Source of the DNA: an uncultured Bacteroidota bacterium
GTDB lineage: Bacteria; Bacteroidota; Ignavibacteria; Ignavibacteriales; Ignavibacteriaceae
Direction: 5' to 3'
DNA: 64,000 bases
Assembly (NCBI GenBank): GCA_963775245.1
Contig: CAVZID010000037.1
Span: 3,175-67,174 of the forward strand
Each line of letters begins with the position of its first letter. The stretch's first letter is position 1. Both the position numbers and the translations under genes were made by a program. This document shows positions 1-10,100 of the stretch, piece by piece. The notes beneath the pieces are model-generated. The model worked only from the letters and a program-made list of their open reading frames with translations, did not search any database and was not told the DNA's origin.

Positions 1-10
1 AGAAGTTTGT

Positions 11-2145
11 ATGCAGCCAAAAGAATTATTAAAAAAGTATAATGACCCTAAAAACTTTTTCAACCGCGACTTAAGCTGGATTGAATTCAACCGGCGCGTG
101 CTTGAAGAAGCTTTAGATGCCGACCAGCCGTTGCTGGAAAAGGTAAAGTTCATTTCAATCTTTCATTCCAACTTGGATGAATTTTACATGATCCGAATTT
201 CCGGTTTGAAGGAACAAATAGCAGCAAGTGTGTTGGAACCTTCAATTGACGGACTTACACCAATCGAGCAGCTTCAGAAAATTGAAAAATGTGTTCAGTC
301 TATGCTGAAAACTGTAATGGATTTTTGGACAAATGAAGTTGTCCCGGAATTAAAAGTAAACAATATTGATATTGCAGAGTACCATGAACTTTCCGAAAAT
401 GAAAAAAATATTTTAACCGAATATTTTAAAAAGAAATTTACCCGGTTCTAACTCCGCTTGCTTTCGATCCGGGAAGGCCATTTCCGTATATATCAAATTT
501 AAGCTTAAGCCTGGCTATCCTTATAAAAAAACCTAATGGTGAAAATCATTTCGCTAGGGTAAAAGTTCCAAGCATTCTTCCAAGGCTTATGCAAATTGAT
601 AATATTATTAATCCAAATAAAAAAACACAAACTAATGGACAATTCAGTGCAAAGTTTGTTTGGCTGGGAGATATCATAAAAGATAATCTTTCACTTTTAT
701 TTCCAGGTTTGGAAGTAGTACAGGCACACCGTTTTAGAATTACGCGCGACACTGATATTGAATTACAGGAAGATGAAGCAGATGACCTTTTAAGTGTAAT
801 TGAAGAAAATATTCGTCAGCGCAGGTTTGGCAGCGTTGTTAGACTTGAAGTGGCCAGCAAAATGCCTGATTTCATGCTCGATACTTTAATGGAAAACTTA
901 TTAATAAAAAGTGAAGATGTGCATATAATTGACGGCCAATTAGGTTTAAGCGATATTATGACTTTGTATGACCTTCCGCTTCATCAATTAAAAGCAAAAC
1001 CATATTACCCGGTAATTCCAAAATTCTTCGAAGAGGATGAAGATATTTTTACAACTATCAGGCAAAAAGATATTTTACTTCATCATCCTTATCACTCATT
1101 TACACCTGTAATTGATTTAATAAAGCAGGCGGCAAAAGATCCCGATGTACTTGCAATAAAACAAACACTTTACCGCGTGGGGCTGAATTCACCAATAGTA
1201 AAATATTTAATTGAAGCTGCCGAAAGAGGAAAGCAGGTTGCAGTACTTGTTGAACTTAAAGCACGTTTTGATGAAGAGAATAATATCTTTTGGGCTCGCG
1301 AGCTTGAAAAAGTTGGTGTACATGTTGTTTATGGTTTGGTTGGATTAAAGACTCATGCTAAAATGACTTTAATAGTACGCAAAGAATTTGACGGAGTGAA
1401 AAGATATGTTCATTTATCAACCGGCAATTACAATGCTACTACTGCAAAGCTTTATACCGATTTAGGTTATTTTACTTGCGACAATGATATATGCACTGAC
1501 GTTGCAGATATTTTTAATTACCTTACCGGTTATTCAAAGCAAACAGAATTTAAAAAATTATTTGTATCGCCAATTAATATGCGTACAAGAATGATTGATT
1601 TGATTCTTAGAGAAATAGAAAATAAAAACAACGGCGGTGATGCAAAAATTATTTGGAAGCTCAATTCACTTGTTGATCCGGCAGTTATCAGCGCTTTATA
1701 TGAAGCATCTAACAATGGGGTTCATATTGAATTGATAGTAAGAGGAATCTGCTGCCTGATTCCAGGAGTCGAAGGGCTAAGTGAAAATATTAAAGTTATT
1801 AGTATTGTGGGTAGATATCTTGAGCACAGCCGGTTATTTTATTTTTACAACAACGGCGGCGAAGAAATGTATTTAAGCAGCGCAGACATGATGCAAAGGA
1901 ACCTGGATAGAAGAGTAGAAATAGCTTTCCCGGTTGAAGACAAAAAAATTAAAGATGAACTTTTAAAATCTTTAATTAAAATCTCACTTAAGGATAATAT
2001 TAAAGGAAGAATTTTAAATAGCAATATGACTTATTCTAAAATTGAAGATGAGAATAACCAAAAGAAGATTGATTCACAGGAATGGCTTATGAGCCAGGCT
2101 ATAAAAAAATCAGGCAATTATTCAAAGACTAAAGTATCACGTTAA
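11..2145 (+). pseudogene. ppk: polyphosphate kinase 1 (PPK1). The frame is broken once: the N-terminal 146 aa are in frame 2 (11-451) and the rest is in frame 1 (open from ~430 to 2145).
   Basis: Both ORFs read as PPK1: the N-terminus has FNRDLSWIEFNRRVLEEA, and the C-terminal part has tandem PLD-like domains with LKTHAKM and GRYLEHSR. Reading frame 1 from position 430 gives KEIYPVLTPLAFDPGRPFPYISNLSL, the conserved segment missing between the two ORFs. The shift maps to the A5 run at 428-432. Confidence 0.85.
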
Positions 2146-2219
2146 TATTTTAGACTTTTAGTTTAGAAACTAACTTTTAAAATATTTTCAAATTATTTTA
2201 AAAAGAAAAAGGATTACAA

Positions 2220-3323
2220 ATGATTGACATAACAAAAAGCGGAATACTTAATTCTTTCAAGAAGGTTGATGATAAAAACTTCAGTAAAGATTTGTTAACA
2301 TTGAATTCAATAAAAAATATTGAAACCAATGATGATGATTTGACTATTGATTTTTCGCTGCCTATCTCGCAAGCTAATGTTACAGATGAATTAAAATCAA
2401 AATTTATTAAAGTATTAAAAAATGATTTCCCTGATCTTGGTGAAGTTACCATTAACATTCAAGCTAAAGTAGCAGCTCATAACGATCAAAAGAAAGATTC
2501 AATTTTACCAGGAGTTAAAAATACTATTGCCGTTGCTAGTGGAAAAGGCGGCGTTGGTAAAAGTACTGTAGCTGTAAATCTTGCGGTAGCATTAGCGAAA
2601 GACGGGCACCAGGTTGGGTTAATTGATGCAGATATTTACGGCCCGAGCATTCCAATAATGCTTGGAATAAAAGACAAGCCGCAAATTTATCAGAATCAAA
2701 AAACCATGAAAATGATCCCGCTGGAAAATTACGGAATAAAATTAATTTCCATTGGATTGTTAATTGACGATAATGCCCCGGTTATTTGGAGAGGCCCCAT
2801 GGCCAGCGGTGCAGTAAAACAATTTATGACTGATGTTGATTGGGGTGAGCTTGATTATTTAATTTTCGATATGCCTCCCGGAACCGGCGACATTCAATTA
2901 ACTTTAGTTCAAACTATTCCACTTACAGGAGCAGTCATCGTTACAACTCCACAGGAAGTTTCATTAATCGATGCGCGAAAGGCTTTAAAAATGTTTGCAC
3001 GTGTAAATGTGCCTGTGTTAGGAATTGTCGAAAACATGAGCTATTTCATTGCGCCGGATACCGGTAAAAAATATGACATATTCGGTTCAGGCGGAGGCGA
3101 GAGAATTTCTAAGGAATTAAACTCTCCTTTTATCGGCGGCATTCCTATTGACCCGCGTATAAGGAAAGGTGGAGACAGCGGCGTTCCAATTGTCTACGAT
3201 ATCCCTGATACAGATGAAGCAAAAATTATTACCAGGATTTCAAGAAACTTAGCTGAACAAGTTAATTTGAATAACTTAAAAGATAATTCAAAAGTTGAAA
3301 TTCTTCTTGAAGATGATGAATAA
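2220..3323 (+). CDS. apbC: Mrp/ApbC/NBP35-family P-loop ATPase with an N-terminal DUF59-like domain. The protein contains no cysteine.
   Basis: It has the deviant Walker A GKGGVGKST, a DxPPGTGD switch and a VENMSYF segment typical of the Mrp family. The usual CXXC after ENMS is replaced by IAPDTG. Confidence 0.85.
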   Translation: MIDITKSGILNSFKKVDDKNFSKDLLTLNSIKNIETNDDDLTIDFSLPISQANVTDELKSKFIKVLKNDFPDLGEVTINIQAKVAAHNDQKKDSILPGVKNTIAVASGKGGVGKSTVAVNLAVALAKDGHQVGLIDADIYGPSIPIMLGIKDKPQIYQNQKTMKMIPLENYGIKLISIGLLIDDNAPVIWRGPMASGAVKQFMTDVDWGELDYLIFDMPPGTGDIQLTLVQTIPLTGAVIVTTPQEVSLIDARKALKMFARVNVPVLGIVENMSYFIAPDTGKKYDIFGSGGGERISKELNSPFIGGIPIDPRIRKGGDSGVPIVYDIPDTDEAKIITRISRNLAEQVNLNNLKDNSKVEILLEDDE

Positions 3324-3432
3324 ATTTTGATTTAAATTTAGAACCAAAATTACAAGCATTCCGAAAAGGATGGCATTTATCATGTAATCCTGGTAAAGCA
3401 AAAAAAAATACAAAAGGCATTAAAACAAATTA

Positions 3433-3660
3433 ATGAAAGAAGAAGTTTTAAAAGCATTGGATACGGTTAGGCCGTTTCTTCAGGCTGACAGCGGTGATGT
3501 AGAGTTAGTCGATATAACTGAAGACGGAATAGTGAAAGTAAGATTTTCCGGGGCCTGTGTGGTTTGTCCTATGTCTCAAATGACTTTACGTGCCGGCGTT
3601 GAACGTTCGCTTCAAAAGGAAGTGCCCGGTATTCGCCGCGTAGAAGCAGTTAGCAATTAA
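3433..3660 (+). CDS. NifU/Nfu-type Fe-S cluster carrier domain protein
   Basis: This 75-aa protein has LQADSGDVELVDI and the CVVCPMS CXXC motif characteristic of the NifU C-terminal domain. It lies directly downstream of the Mrp homologue. Confidence 0.8.
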   Translation: MKEEVLKALDTVRPFLQADSGDVELVDITEDGIVKVRFSGACVVCPMSQMTLRAGVERSLQKEVPGIRRVEAVSN

Positions 3661-3749
3661 ATTCTTTTTCTTATATTTTTTCTTATTGAATTTAATAGGT
3701 TGTTATCTTCGACAAATAATATTTTAATTTAAAACGTAATTTTGCTTGC

Positions 3750-4805
3750 ATGACTGAAATAACACAAAGAAAAATATCCAAGTTTCTTTTATGGCTTGTG
3801 GGAATAATAATTTTTCTGTTCCTTATTTATCTATTATCTGATATTATAATTATTCTAGCAATTTCAATCTTGCTTGCTTTTATATTTGACCCTTTTGTTA
3901 AGCTCCTTGAACGAGAAGGATTCGACAGGTTAAGCGGAACTTTAATTACTTTGATTGGTTTTAGTTTACTGCTTTATTTAGTTCTTTCATTCATCATCCC
4001 AAAATTTGCTTACCAGATGAATCAGTTGCTTGCAACTATTAAGCAGTATTCATTGCATGATCAATTAACTGCAATTGAGAGAGAAATTTATAAAATTATT
4101 CCTTTTTTTAACCCTGGTGACTTAACTAATAATTTTGAGCAACTTATTTCGCCTAAAAAAATATTAGGTTCTTTCGATCAAATACCGGCTCTTTTATCAA
4201 ACATCCTTTCAATTGTTGCTATACTAATTATCATTCCGTTTATTACATTTTTTATATTAAAAGACAATCAAAAAATTTTCAAAGCAATAATCGATATTTT
4301 TCCAAACAACTACTTTGAAATGTCTTATTGGATATTCAAAAGAATAACCACACAGCTTGCAAGATTTGTTAGAGGATGGATATTTGATGCTGCTTTTGTA
4401 GGGATTTTTTGCGGCGTGGGTTTTTATTTAATAGGAATAGAGAATGCACTTCCTTTAGGGTTAATTGCCGGGCTTGGCCATCTTGTCCCTTATCTTGGCC
4501 CTTTAATTGGCGGGATTCCTGCGCTCATAATTTCGTTTGTTCAATTCGGCGATTTTTCTCATGCGCCTTTTATATTTTTATTAATCTTAATTGTTTACAC
4601 AATTGATAATGGAATAATTCAACCCTTAGTGTTTTCAAAAAGTGTAGATATGCATCCTATCATCATCATTCTTTTAATAATTGCCGGAAGCCAGTTGTTT
4701 GGAATTTTAGGAATGTTATTAGCAATACCAACCGCAACTGTGGTGAGAACTGCTGCTAAAGAAATTTATTTTGTATTTAAAAATTATAAGATTGCAAAGA
4801 TTTGA
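3750..4805 (+). CDS. AI-2E family transporter (PerM/UPF0118-like permease)
   Basis: This 351-aa polytopic membrane protein has the typical length, helix layout and C-terminal LLAIP motif region of the family. Confidence 0.7.
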   Translation: MTEITQRKISKFLLWLVGIIIFLFLIYLLSDIIIILAISILLAFIFDPFVKLLEREGFDRLSGTLITLIGFSLLLYLVLSFIIPKFAYQMNQLLATIKQYSLHDQLTAIEREIYKIIPFFNPGDLTNNFEQLISPKKILGSFDQIPALLSNILSIVAILIIIPFITFFILKDNQKIFKAIIDIFPNNYFEMSYWIFKRITTQLARFVRGWIFDAAFVGIFCGVGFYLIGIENALPLGLIAGLGHLVPYLGPLIGGIPALIISFVQFGDFSHAPFIFLLILIVYTIDNGIIQPLVFSKSVDMHPIIIILLIIAGSQLFGILGMLLAIPTATVVRTAAKEIYFVFKNYKIAKI

Positions 4806-4838
4806 AAAGTTAAATTGCTTACCGCATAAGATTTACTT

Positions 4839-5837
4839 TTACAATTCATTCATTAAATTATTAATCACATCCACCGAAGTTATCCCCTCTGCTTCAGCAT
4901 TAAAGTTTGTAATAATTCTATGCCGCAGTACAGGTACCATATTAATTTTAACATCATGAATATTAGGAGTGAACCTGCCATCCATGACAGATCGAGTTTT
5001 TGCAGCTAAAATTAAATACTGCGATGCTCTTGGCCCGGCACCCCAGCTAATCATTTGATTGACCATTTGAGAATTTTTTTCATTTTTAGGCCGTGTCTTA
5101 CTAACAGAATTAACAGCAAATTCTATTACATTATCTGCAACAGGAACTTTTCTAACTAAATCTTGAAATTGAATTATTTCTTCAGCAGAAACAATTTTAT
5201 TTAACTTCGGCAAATATCCGCTTGTAGTTGTTTGAACAATTTTAACTTCTTCTTCAAATGAAGGATACTCAAGCCAAAGGTTGAACATAAATCTGTCAAG
5301 CTGTGCTTCAGGCAAAGGGTAGGTACCTTCCTGCTCAATTGGGTTTTGGGTTGCTAATACAAAGAATGGCTCTTCCAAAGTATACGTAGTTCCGGCAGCA
5401 GTTACTTTATGTTCCTGCATCGCTTCAAGTAATGCGGCTTGTGTTTTAGGAGGAGTTCTGTTTATTTCATCAGCAAGAATAACATTTGCAAATACAGGGC
5501 CCGGAATAAATTTAAAATCTCTTTTTTTAGATAGCTGATCTTCCTCTAAAATTTCTGTGCCTGTAATATCGCTCGGCATTAAATCAGGAGTGAATTGAAT
5601 TCGATTAAACTTTAAATCCATTACTTCAGCCAAAGTTTTGATCAAAAGAGTTTTTGCTAAACCAGGAACACCAACCAGCAAACAATGTCCTTTGGCTAAA
5701 AGAGAAATTAATAACTGATCTATAATTTCATTTTGTCCAACTATGACTTTAGAGATTTCAGATTTAATTTCCTTAATTTTAACATTAAGTCTTTCTACCA
5801 ATTGAACATCCTGGTCAAGCGCTTCTGCGTTTTTCAA
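4839..5837 (-). CDS. MoxR-family AAA+ ATPase
   Basis: It has Walker A GVPGLAKT, Walker B ILADEINR and the MoxR-typical FVLATQNPIEQEGTYPLPEAQLDRF segment. Confidence 0.9.
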   Translation of the reverse strand: MKNAEALDQDVQLVERLNVKIKEIKSEISKVIVGQNEIIDQLLISLLAKGHCLLVGVPGLAKTLLIKTLAEVMDLKFNRIQFTPDLMPSDITGTEILEEDQLSKKRDFKFIPGPVFANVILADEINRTPPKTQAALLEAMQEHKVTAAGTTYTLEEPFFVLATQNPIEQEGTYPLPEAQLDRFMFNLWLEYPSFEEEVKIVQTTTSGYLPKLNKIVSAEEIIQFQDLVRKVPVADNVIEFAVNSVSKTRPKNEKNSQMVNQMISWGAGPRASQYLILAAKTRSVMDGRFTPNIHDVKINMVPVLRHRIITNFNAEAEGITSVDVINNLMNEL

Positions 5838-5873
5838 TTTTCATCCTATATTATTTTATATGCTAAAAATTAT

Positions 5874-7151
5874 TTAGATACGAATCTGCCAGTATATTTT
5901 CTTTTTTAATTCCTTAATCCAGTTTTGATATAACTCTTGTTTCTTATACTGGTCTGTTAATTTTTTCAGTTCCTGGTAATCTTTATCAAGATTGACTTCA
6001 TGCTGTGGAATTCTTTTTTCCAAATATACTATATGATAACCATAACTTCCTTTACCAAAATCAATCCTTTTTGGAAAACTGATATCACCTTCTTTCATAT
6101 TTGAAACAACATCCAGCATAGTCTTATCCAATTGATTTAGATAAAAGGTCCCAAGTTCTCCGCCAAAAGGCTGGGTGTCTTTGTCCTCACTATACTTTTT
6201 TGCATACTTAGCGAAAGTGCCGTCACCCTTTACAATGCTGTCTCTAATACTAGTTAAAAATTTAATTGCTGTTAAATCCGCCTGCTCACCGGTTTTAATT
6301 TTAATAAGAATATGCCTGGTATGAATTGCTTCACCACGTCTTTCAATCATTTGAATAATATGAAAACCAACGGGAGATTCCACAACATCAGAAATTTGAC
6401 CTGGTTCTAACGCATAAGCAGCTGCTTCAAATTCCGGATAAAATACTCCTCTCTTAACAAAACCAAGATCCCCACCCTGTGCAGCACTTCCTGGATCTTC
6501 GGAATATTTTTTTGCCATAGTTGCAAAGTCGGCACCGGCTTTTATTGAGTCCAAAATTGCCTGCGCTTTTTCTCTGAATTTTTCTTTCATCTCTACAGTA
6601 GCCGTTGGATTTCGGAAAATATGAGCTAATTGTACTTTTTCAGGAATTACACCAAGACTGTCTTTATATTTATTAAAAAAATCTTCGACTTCTCTTCTAG
6701 TAGCATCTACCGTTCCGAACTTTTTTTCTTGCAGCTTCTGAGCCATTAGATTCTTTTTCACATCATCATGCAGTTCTCTTTTCATTTTTTCAATGCTCAT
6801 CCCGTAAACATCTTCAACTTTTTGTTTTGAACCATATTGCTGAATAAACATATTAATTTGGTAATCAATCCTATTTTTAATTTCATCTTCCGATACGGTT
6901 ATTGAATCCAATATAGCTTGAGCATAAACCAGCTTGTCTTCAATCATAGCATTAAGAACATCTATTTTAAATACAGGCGTAACCTTCTCAATCTTTCTTT
7001 GAGCTGCGTAAAGATTTACCTGAAAATCCAGTTCACTTTGCATGATAATTTCATTATCAACAACAGCTACAATTTTATCTAATACTTCTTGAGCATTAAT
7101 TACTTTAAAAGCTGAGAATATTAAAGCAATCAGAATAATTTTAGTCTTCAT
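5874..7151 (-). CDS. SurA-like periplasmic chaperone / peptidyl-prolyl isomerase with two parvulin domains
   Basis: It has a signal peptide, a SurA-N-like region and two rotamase modules (GGDLGFV...GFHIIQ and GGELGTF...GYHIVY). Confidence 0.8.
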   Translation of the reverse strand: MKTKIILIALIFSAFKVINAQEVLDKIVAVVDNEIIMQSELDFQVNLYAAQRKIEKVTPVFKIDVLNAMIEDKLVYAQAILDSITVSEDEIKNRIDYQINMFIQQYGSKQKVEDVYGMSIEKMKRELHDDVKKNLMAQKLQEKKFGTVDATRREVEDFFNKYKDSLGVIPEKVQLAHIFRNPTATVEMKEKFREKAQAILDSIKAGADFATMAKKYSEDPGSAAQGGDLGFVKRGVFYPEFEAAAYALEPGQISDVVESPVGFHIIQMIERRGEAIHTRHILIKIKTGEQADLTAIKFLTSIRDSIVKGDGTFAKYAKKYSEDKDTQPFGGELGTFYLNQLDKTMLDVVSNMKEGDISFPKRIDFGKGSYGYHIVYLEKRIPQHEVNLDKDYQELKKLTDQYKKQELYQNWIKELKKKIYWQIRI

Positions 7152-7158
7152 TAATCAC

Positions 7159-7989
7159 CTAATTTTTAACGTCTATTTCATTTTTTTTATATAAGTCATT
7201 TATATAATTTTTTACTATGTCTTCTTTTTTATCAGTAATAAATCTTTTTTCAACATTCTTTCTTATTAAATTAAAAGGAGGAATTTCTCCTTTTTCAAAT
7301 TCCTGAATAAGCTGCACGACTATATATTTATTTTGATCATCACGCAGAACAATACTTAACTCATCTTTATTTAGTTCCTGGATTAATCGCAGCAAAGCAA
7401 CAGGTTCAATTTCATGTTCCGGTAAAAACCAGTTTACCTCCTGGTTATTTATGGAAGGATCACCTTTGAATGCAATCAGAGCCTTATTCCAATTACTTTC
7501 CAGTACGGTTGTTCTAAAATGAACTGCTTTATCCTCGTTTTTAAAACTGATGAAATTAATTAAATAATAATCATCACCGATCATAAACTCATTTTTATGA
7601 GCATCGAAATATTTTTCAATATCTTTTTGATTTATAGAAAAACCTGCATCATTGTAATGGTTTTCCAACAATTTAGCAATTGCTAAATCTTTTCTTGATT
7701 CTTCAATGGTCTTTTTAAATTCATCTGTTTTATCTATACCTTCACTTTCAGCTTCCTGGTATAACAACTCGCGGTTTATCCAGTTTCTGATGATTTCAGC
7801 TTTGTAAAAGTTTTTATTGGGGGCAGCTTCAACTAACTTTGCATACTTTTCCTTAGTCAAAAAAGAATTATTCACTCGTGCGATATAATCAATTTTTTTC
7901 TCTTCTTTACCGCAGCCCATTAATAAAGCTGCGGTAAAAAATGTAATGAAAATATTATTGATTTGTAAATGCTTTGGAAAGCTCGTCAT
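7159..7989 (-). CDS. SurA-N-domain-like lipoprotein (chaperone-like, no parvulin domain seen)
   Basis: A lipobox LLMGC follows a hydrophobic leader. The gene lies between two parvulin genes in the same orientation and overlaps the upstream gene by 35 nt. Confidence 0.45.
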   Translation of the reverse strand: MTSFPKHLQINNIFITFFTAALLMGCGKEEKKIDYIARVNNSFLTKEKYAKLVEAAPNKNFYKAEIIRNWINRELLYQEAESEGIDKTDEFKKTIEESRKDLAIAKLLENHYNDAGFSINQKDIEKYFDAHKNEFMIGDDYYLINFISFKNEDKAVHFRTTVLESNWNKALIAFKGDPSINNQEVNWFLPEHEIEPVALLRLIQELNKDELSIVLRDDQNKYIVVQLIQEFEKGEIPPFNLIRKNVEKRFITDKKEDIVKNYINDLYKKNEIDVKN

Positions 7990-9931
7990 AATTAAAAACA
8001 GGTTTGTATAATTTCTTTAGACTTTCTATATAATTGTTTTCCAAACGTTTGCTTTCTGCTTCCTGGAATGCGCCTGAAACTTCCGGTTTAGCTTCTTCAT
8101 AAGTCTTTATATGCGATGGATCTTTTTTAATCAGCATAACAATCGAAAAGCCGCCTGAATTTTTAATAGGCTTTGAATAATCACCTGGCTTTTCAAGCTT
8201 ATTTGCTTCAACTGACAATTGTGATTGTTTAACATCCATCAAATCATAATGGCCGGCTTTCTCTTTATATCCTGGACGTTCAGTGTATTTTAATGCTAAG
8301 GTGTCAAAGTTTGCTCCATCTTGAAGCAATGAATAATAATGATTAATCAGAGAATCATTCCTACTGTATATTTCAGCGTATTCAACTCTGTCAGGCCAGG
8401 TATAATTATCTTTTGTTTTTTGATAATACTCTAAAAGCTTTGTGCTGTCTGTTTTAATTTTATTCCAGACTTCTTCTTCCTGCAGCTTAAAAATATAAAT
8501 ACCGTTTCTATAGTCATTCATCAAATCTGTGAAAGTTGAATCAGTTTTATCAAGATTTAAAGCTGCTTCATCCAAAATAAGGTCGCCGCTTATTTTTTTT
8601 ACTGCATTTTCAAGCACATCTTTCTTTAACAATTTATTTTGGAAATCATTGGATTCATTTAAAGTAGAAAAGAAATCACCAACAGAAGTATTTTTATTTG
8701 CGTAACTGAACAAAGTAAGATCTTTTATCTCATCAAAGTTTGATGGATTAGTTCCAACTTTTAATGTATCGGTATCTTTTAATACAATATCAAAAGTCTG
8801 CTGGTTAAGTTTATAATTATATACATTGCGGAGGCTGTCAACCAAAGCGTCATAAGCTTCCTGGTATCCGGATTTCTTGAACGTGGTGGTTAACTCTTCT
8901 TTTTCCTTATCAAATTCCGGCAATGGGGTTTTGCCTGTCAATTTAATTATATGATAGCCGAATCGCGTTTTTATTACACTAGAAATATCACCAACATTTT
9001 TTAAGTTAAATGCAGCTTCATCAAATTCTTTAACCATGGACCTTCTAGGGAAATATCCCAAATCTCCACCTTTTTTTGCACTCCCTGGATCCTGTGAATA
9101 TTCCTCTGCAAGTTTGGCAAAATCAGAATCATTTTTAGCTTTAGTAAGAATTGAATCTATTTTAGCCTTTGCAGCCACAGTATCAATATGGCCTTTATCA
9201 TCCTGATATTTTATTAAGATATGACTTGCTCTAATTTGAGGAACTCTTTCTCTCTTATCTGTAAGCTTGATTATGTGAAAACCAAATCTTGTTCTTACAA
9301 GTTCAGGATAAACTTCTCCGACTTTAAGTGAATATGCGGCATCTGCAAATTTAGGAGGAAGCTGTCCGGCAGTAAAATAATAAACATCGCCACCAGCTTT
9401 TGATGAATACCTGTCTTTAGAATATTTGGCAGCCATTGTCGAAAAATTTGCCCCATTTTTGATACTGTCTAAAACTGCCTGAGCTAATTTTCTTGCAGCT
9501 TCTTCACCTGAGCTGTCGGGAACAATCATAATGTGGCTTACTCTTAATTCCCATTTTCTTTTATTATAAAGATCTTTAATACCGGGGTCAACGATTCGTT
9601 TTTCAAGCAAGAAAGTTACACCAACTTTTTTCTTATAATCCAGCAGTTCTTTATTTAATGTTGAATCATCATAAAAACCTCTTACATAAGCATCACGCAA
9701 TTTCATTTTAAAATTAGTGTAGAGATCAAGAAAATTTTTATACTTTGATATGCTATCTTTTTTAGCAGCTTCAAGGTTACCAACATTTTTTTCATATTGT
9801 TTTTCAAACTCTCCCATTGTTACTGCATTGTCATCATATTTGGATAAAATTATTTCGGAATGTTTGGGAGAGCAAGAAATGATTAGAAAAGATAGAACAA
9901 AGGAAAATAGAATAATTAGTTTTTTGTACAT
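7955..9931 (-). CDS. PpiD/SurA-like peptidyl-prolyl isomerase with two parvulin domains
   Basis: This 658-aa protein has a lipoprotein-like leader (LIISCS) and two rotamase modules (GGDVYYF...FGFHIIKL and GGDLGYF...FGYHIIKL). Confidence 0.75.
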   Translation of the reverse strand: MYKKLIILFSFVLSFLIISCSPKHSEIILSKYDDNAVTMGEFEKQYEKNVGNLEAAKKDSISKYKNFLDLYTNFKMKLRDAYVRGFYDDSTLNKELLDYKKKVGVTFLLEKRIVDPGIKDLYNKRKWELRVSHIMIVPDSSGEEAARKLAQAVLDSIKNGANFSTMAAKYSKDRYSSKAGGDVYYFTAGQLPPKFADAAYSLKVGEVYPELVRTRFGFHIIKLTDKRERVPQIRASHILIKYQDDKGHIDTVAAKAKIDSILTKAKNDSDFAKLAEEYSQDPGSAKKGGDLGYFPRRSMVKEFDEAAFNLKNVGDISSVIKTRFGYHIIKLTGKTPLPEFDKEKEELTTTFKKSGYQEAYDALVDSLRNVYNYKLNQQTFDIVLKDTDTLKVGTNPSNFDEIKDLTLFSYANKNTSVGDFFSTLNESNDFQNKLLKKDVLENAVKKISGDLILDEAALNLDKTDSTFTDLMNDYRNGIYIFKLQEEEVWNKIKTDSTKLLEYYQKTKDNYTWPDRVEYAEIYSRNDSLINHYYSLLQDGANFDTLALKYTERPGYKEKAGHYDLMDVKQSQLSVEANKLEKPGDYSKPIKNSGGFSIVMLIKKDPSHIKTYEEAKPEVSGAFQEAESKRLENNYIESLKKLYKPVFNYDELSKAFTNQ

Positions 9932-10100
9932 AGACTACAGCTCCGTATTTGTTATAATTTCAGCAAATTTAATCGAGAAGTTTAATTATTGACTGTTTGA
10001 AAATCAAGGTAAATTGAATAAGATGGTTAATGATATTATGCCCTCAAAGCGATAAAATGAATATTGAAAAAACAAACTTACAAAATTTAAAGCTTAAATT

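Noticed and set aside
428-451. Programmed ribosomal frameshift in ppk at A AAA AAG-like sequence
   Set aside because: The shift needed is in the +1/insertion sense at a plain A5G run, with no downstream structure seen. The same under-called-homopolymer pattern recurs in unrelated genes, so an artefact or simple mutation is the more parsimonious explanation.
546-752. Short ORFs antisense to, or out of frame within, conserved genes. Examples are 546-752, 1530-1715, 2198-2458, 4409-4606, 10433-10627, 12820-13044, 13454-13672, 14478-14714, 20191-20691, 22863-23057, 24057-24326, 24694-25333, 27799-28789, 58918-59589 and 60393-61685.
   Set aside because: Each lies entirely inside a longer ORF with clear family motifs on the other strand or in another frame. 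Their sequences are low-complexity and typical of shadow ORFs in AT-rich DNA.
4839-5837. MoxR ATPase as part of a MoxR-VWA/Bat or DUF58 system
   Set aside because: No VWA, DUF58 or BatA-E genes are adjacent in the window. The gene appears as the last gene of the chaperone block.
9750-9992. 80-codon plus-strand ORF spanning the start of the PpiD-like gene, and similar edge ORFs at 4771-4959, 41566-41778, 47556-47738, 48477-48683 and 54327-54566
   Set aside because: They overlap the 5' or 3' ends of well-supported genes or promoter regions, have no ribosome-binding context, and show hydrophobic or low-complexity AT-rich translations.
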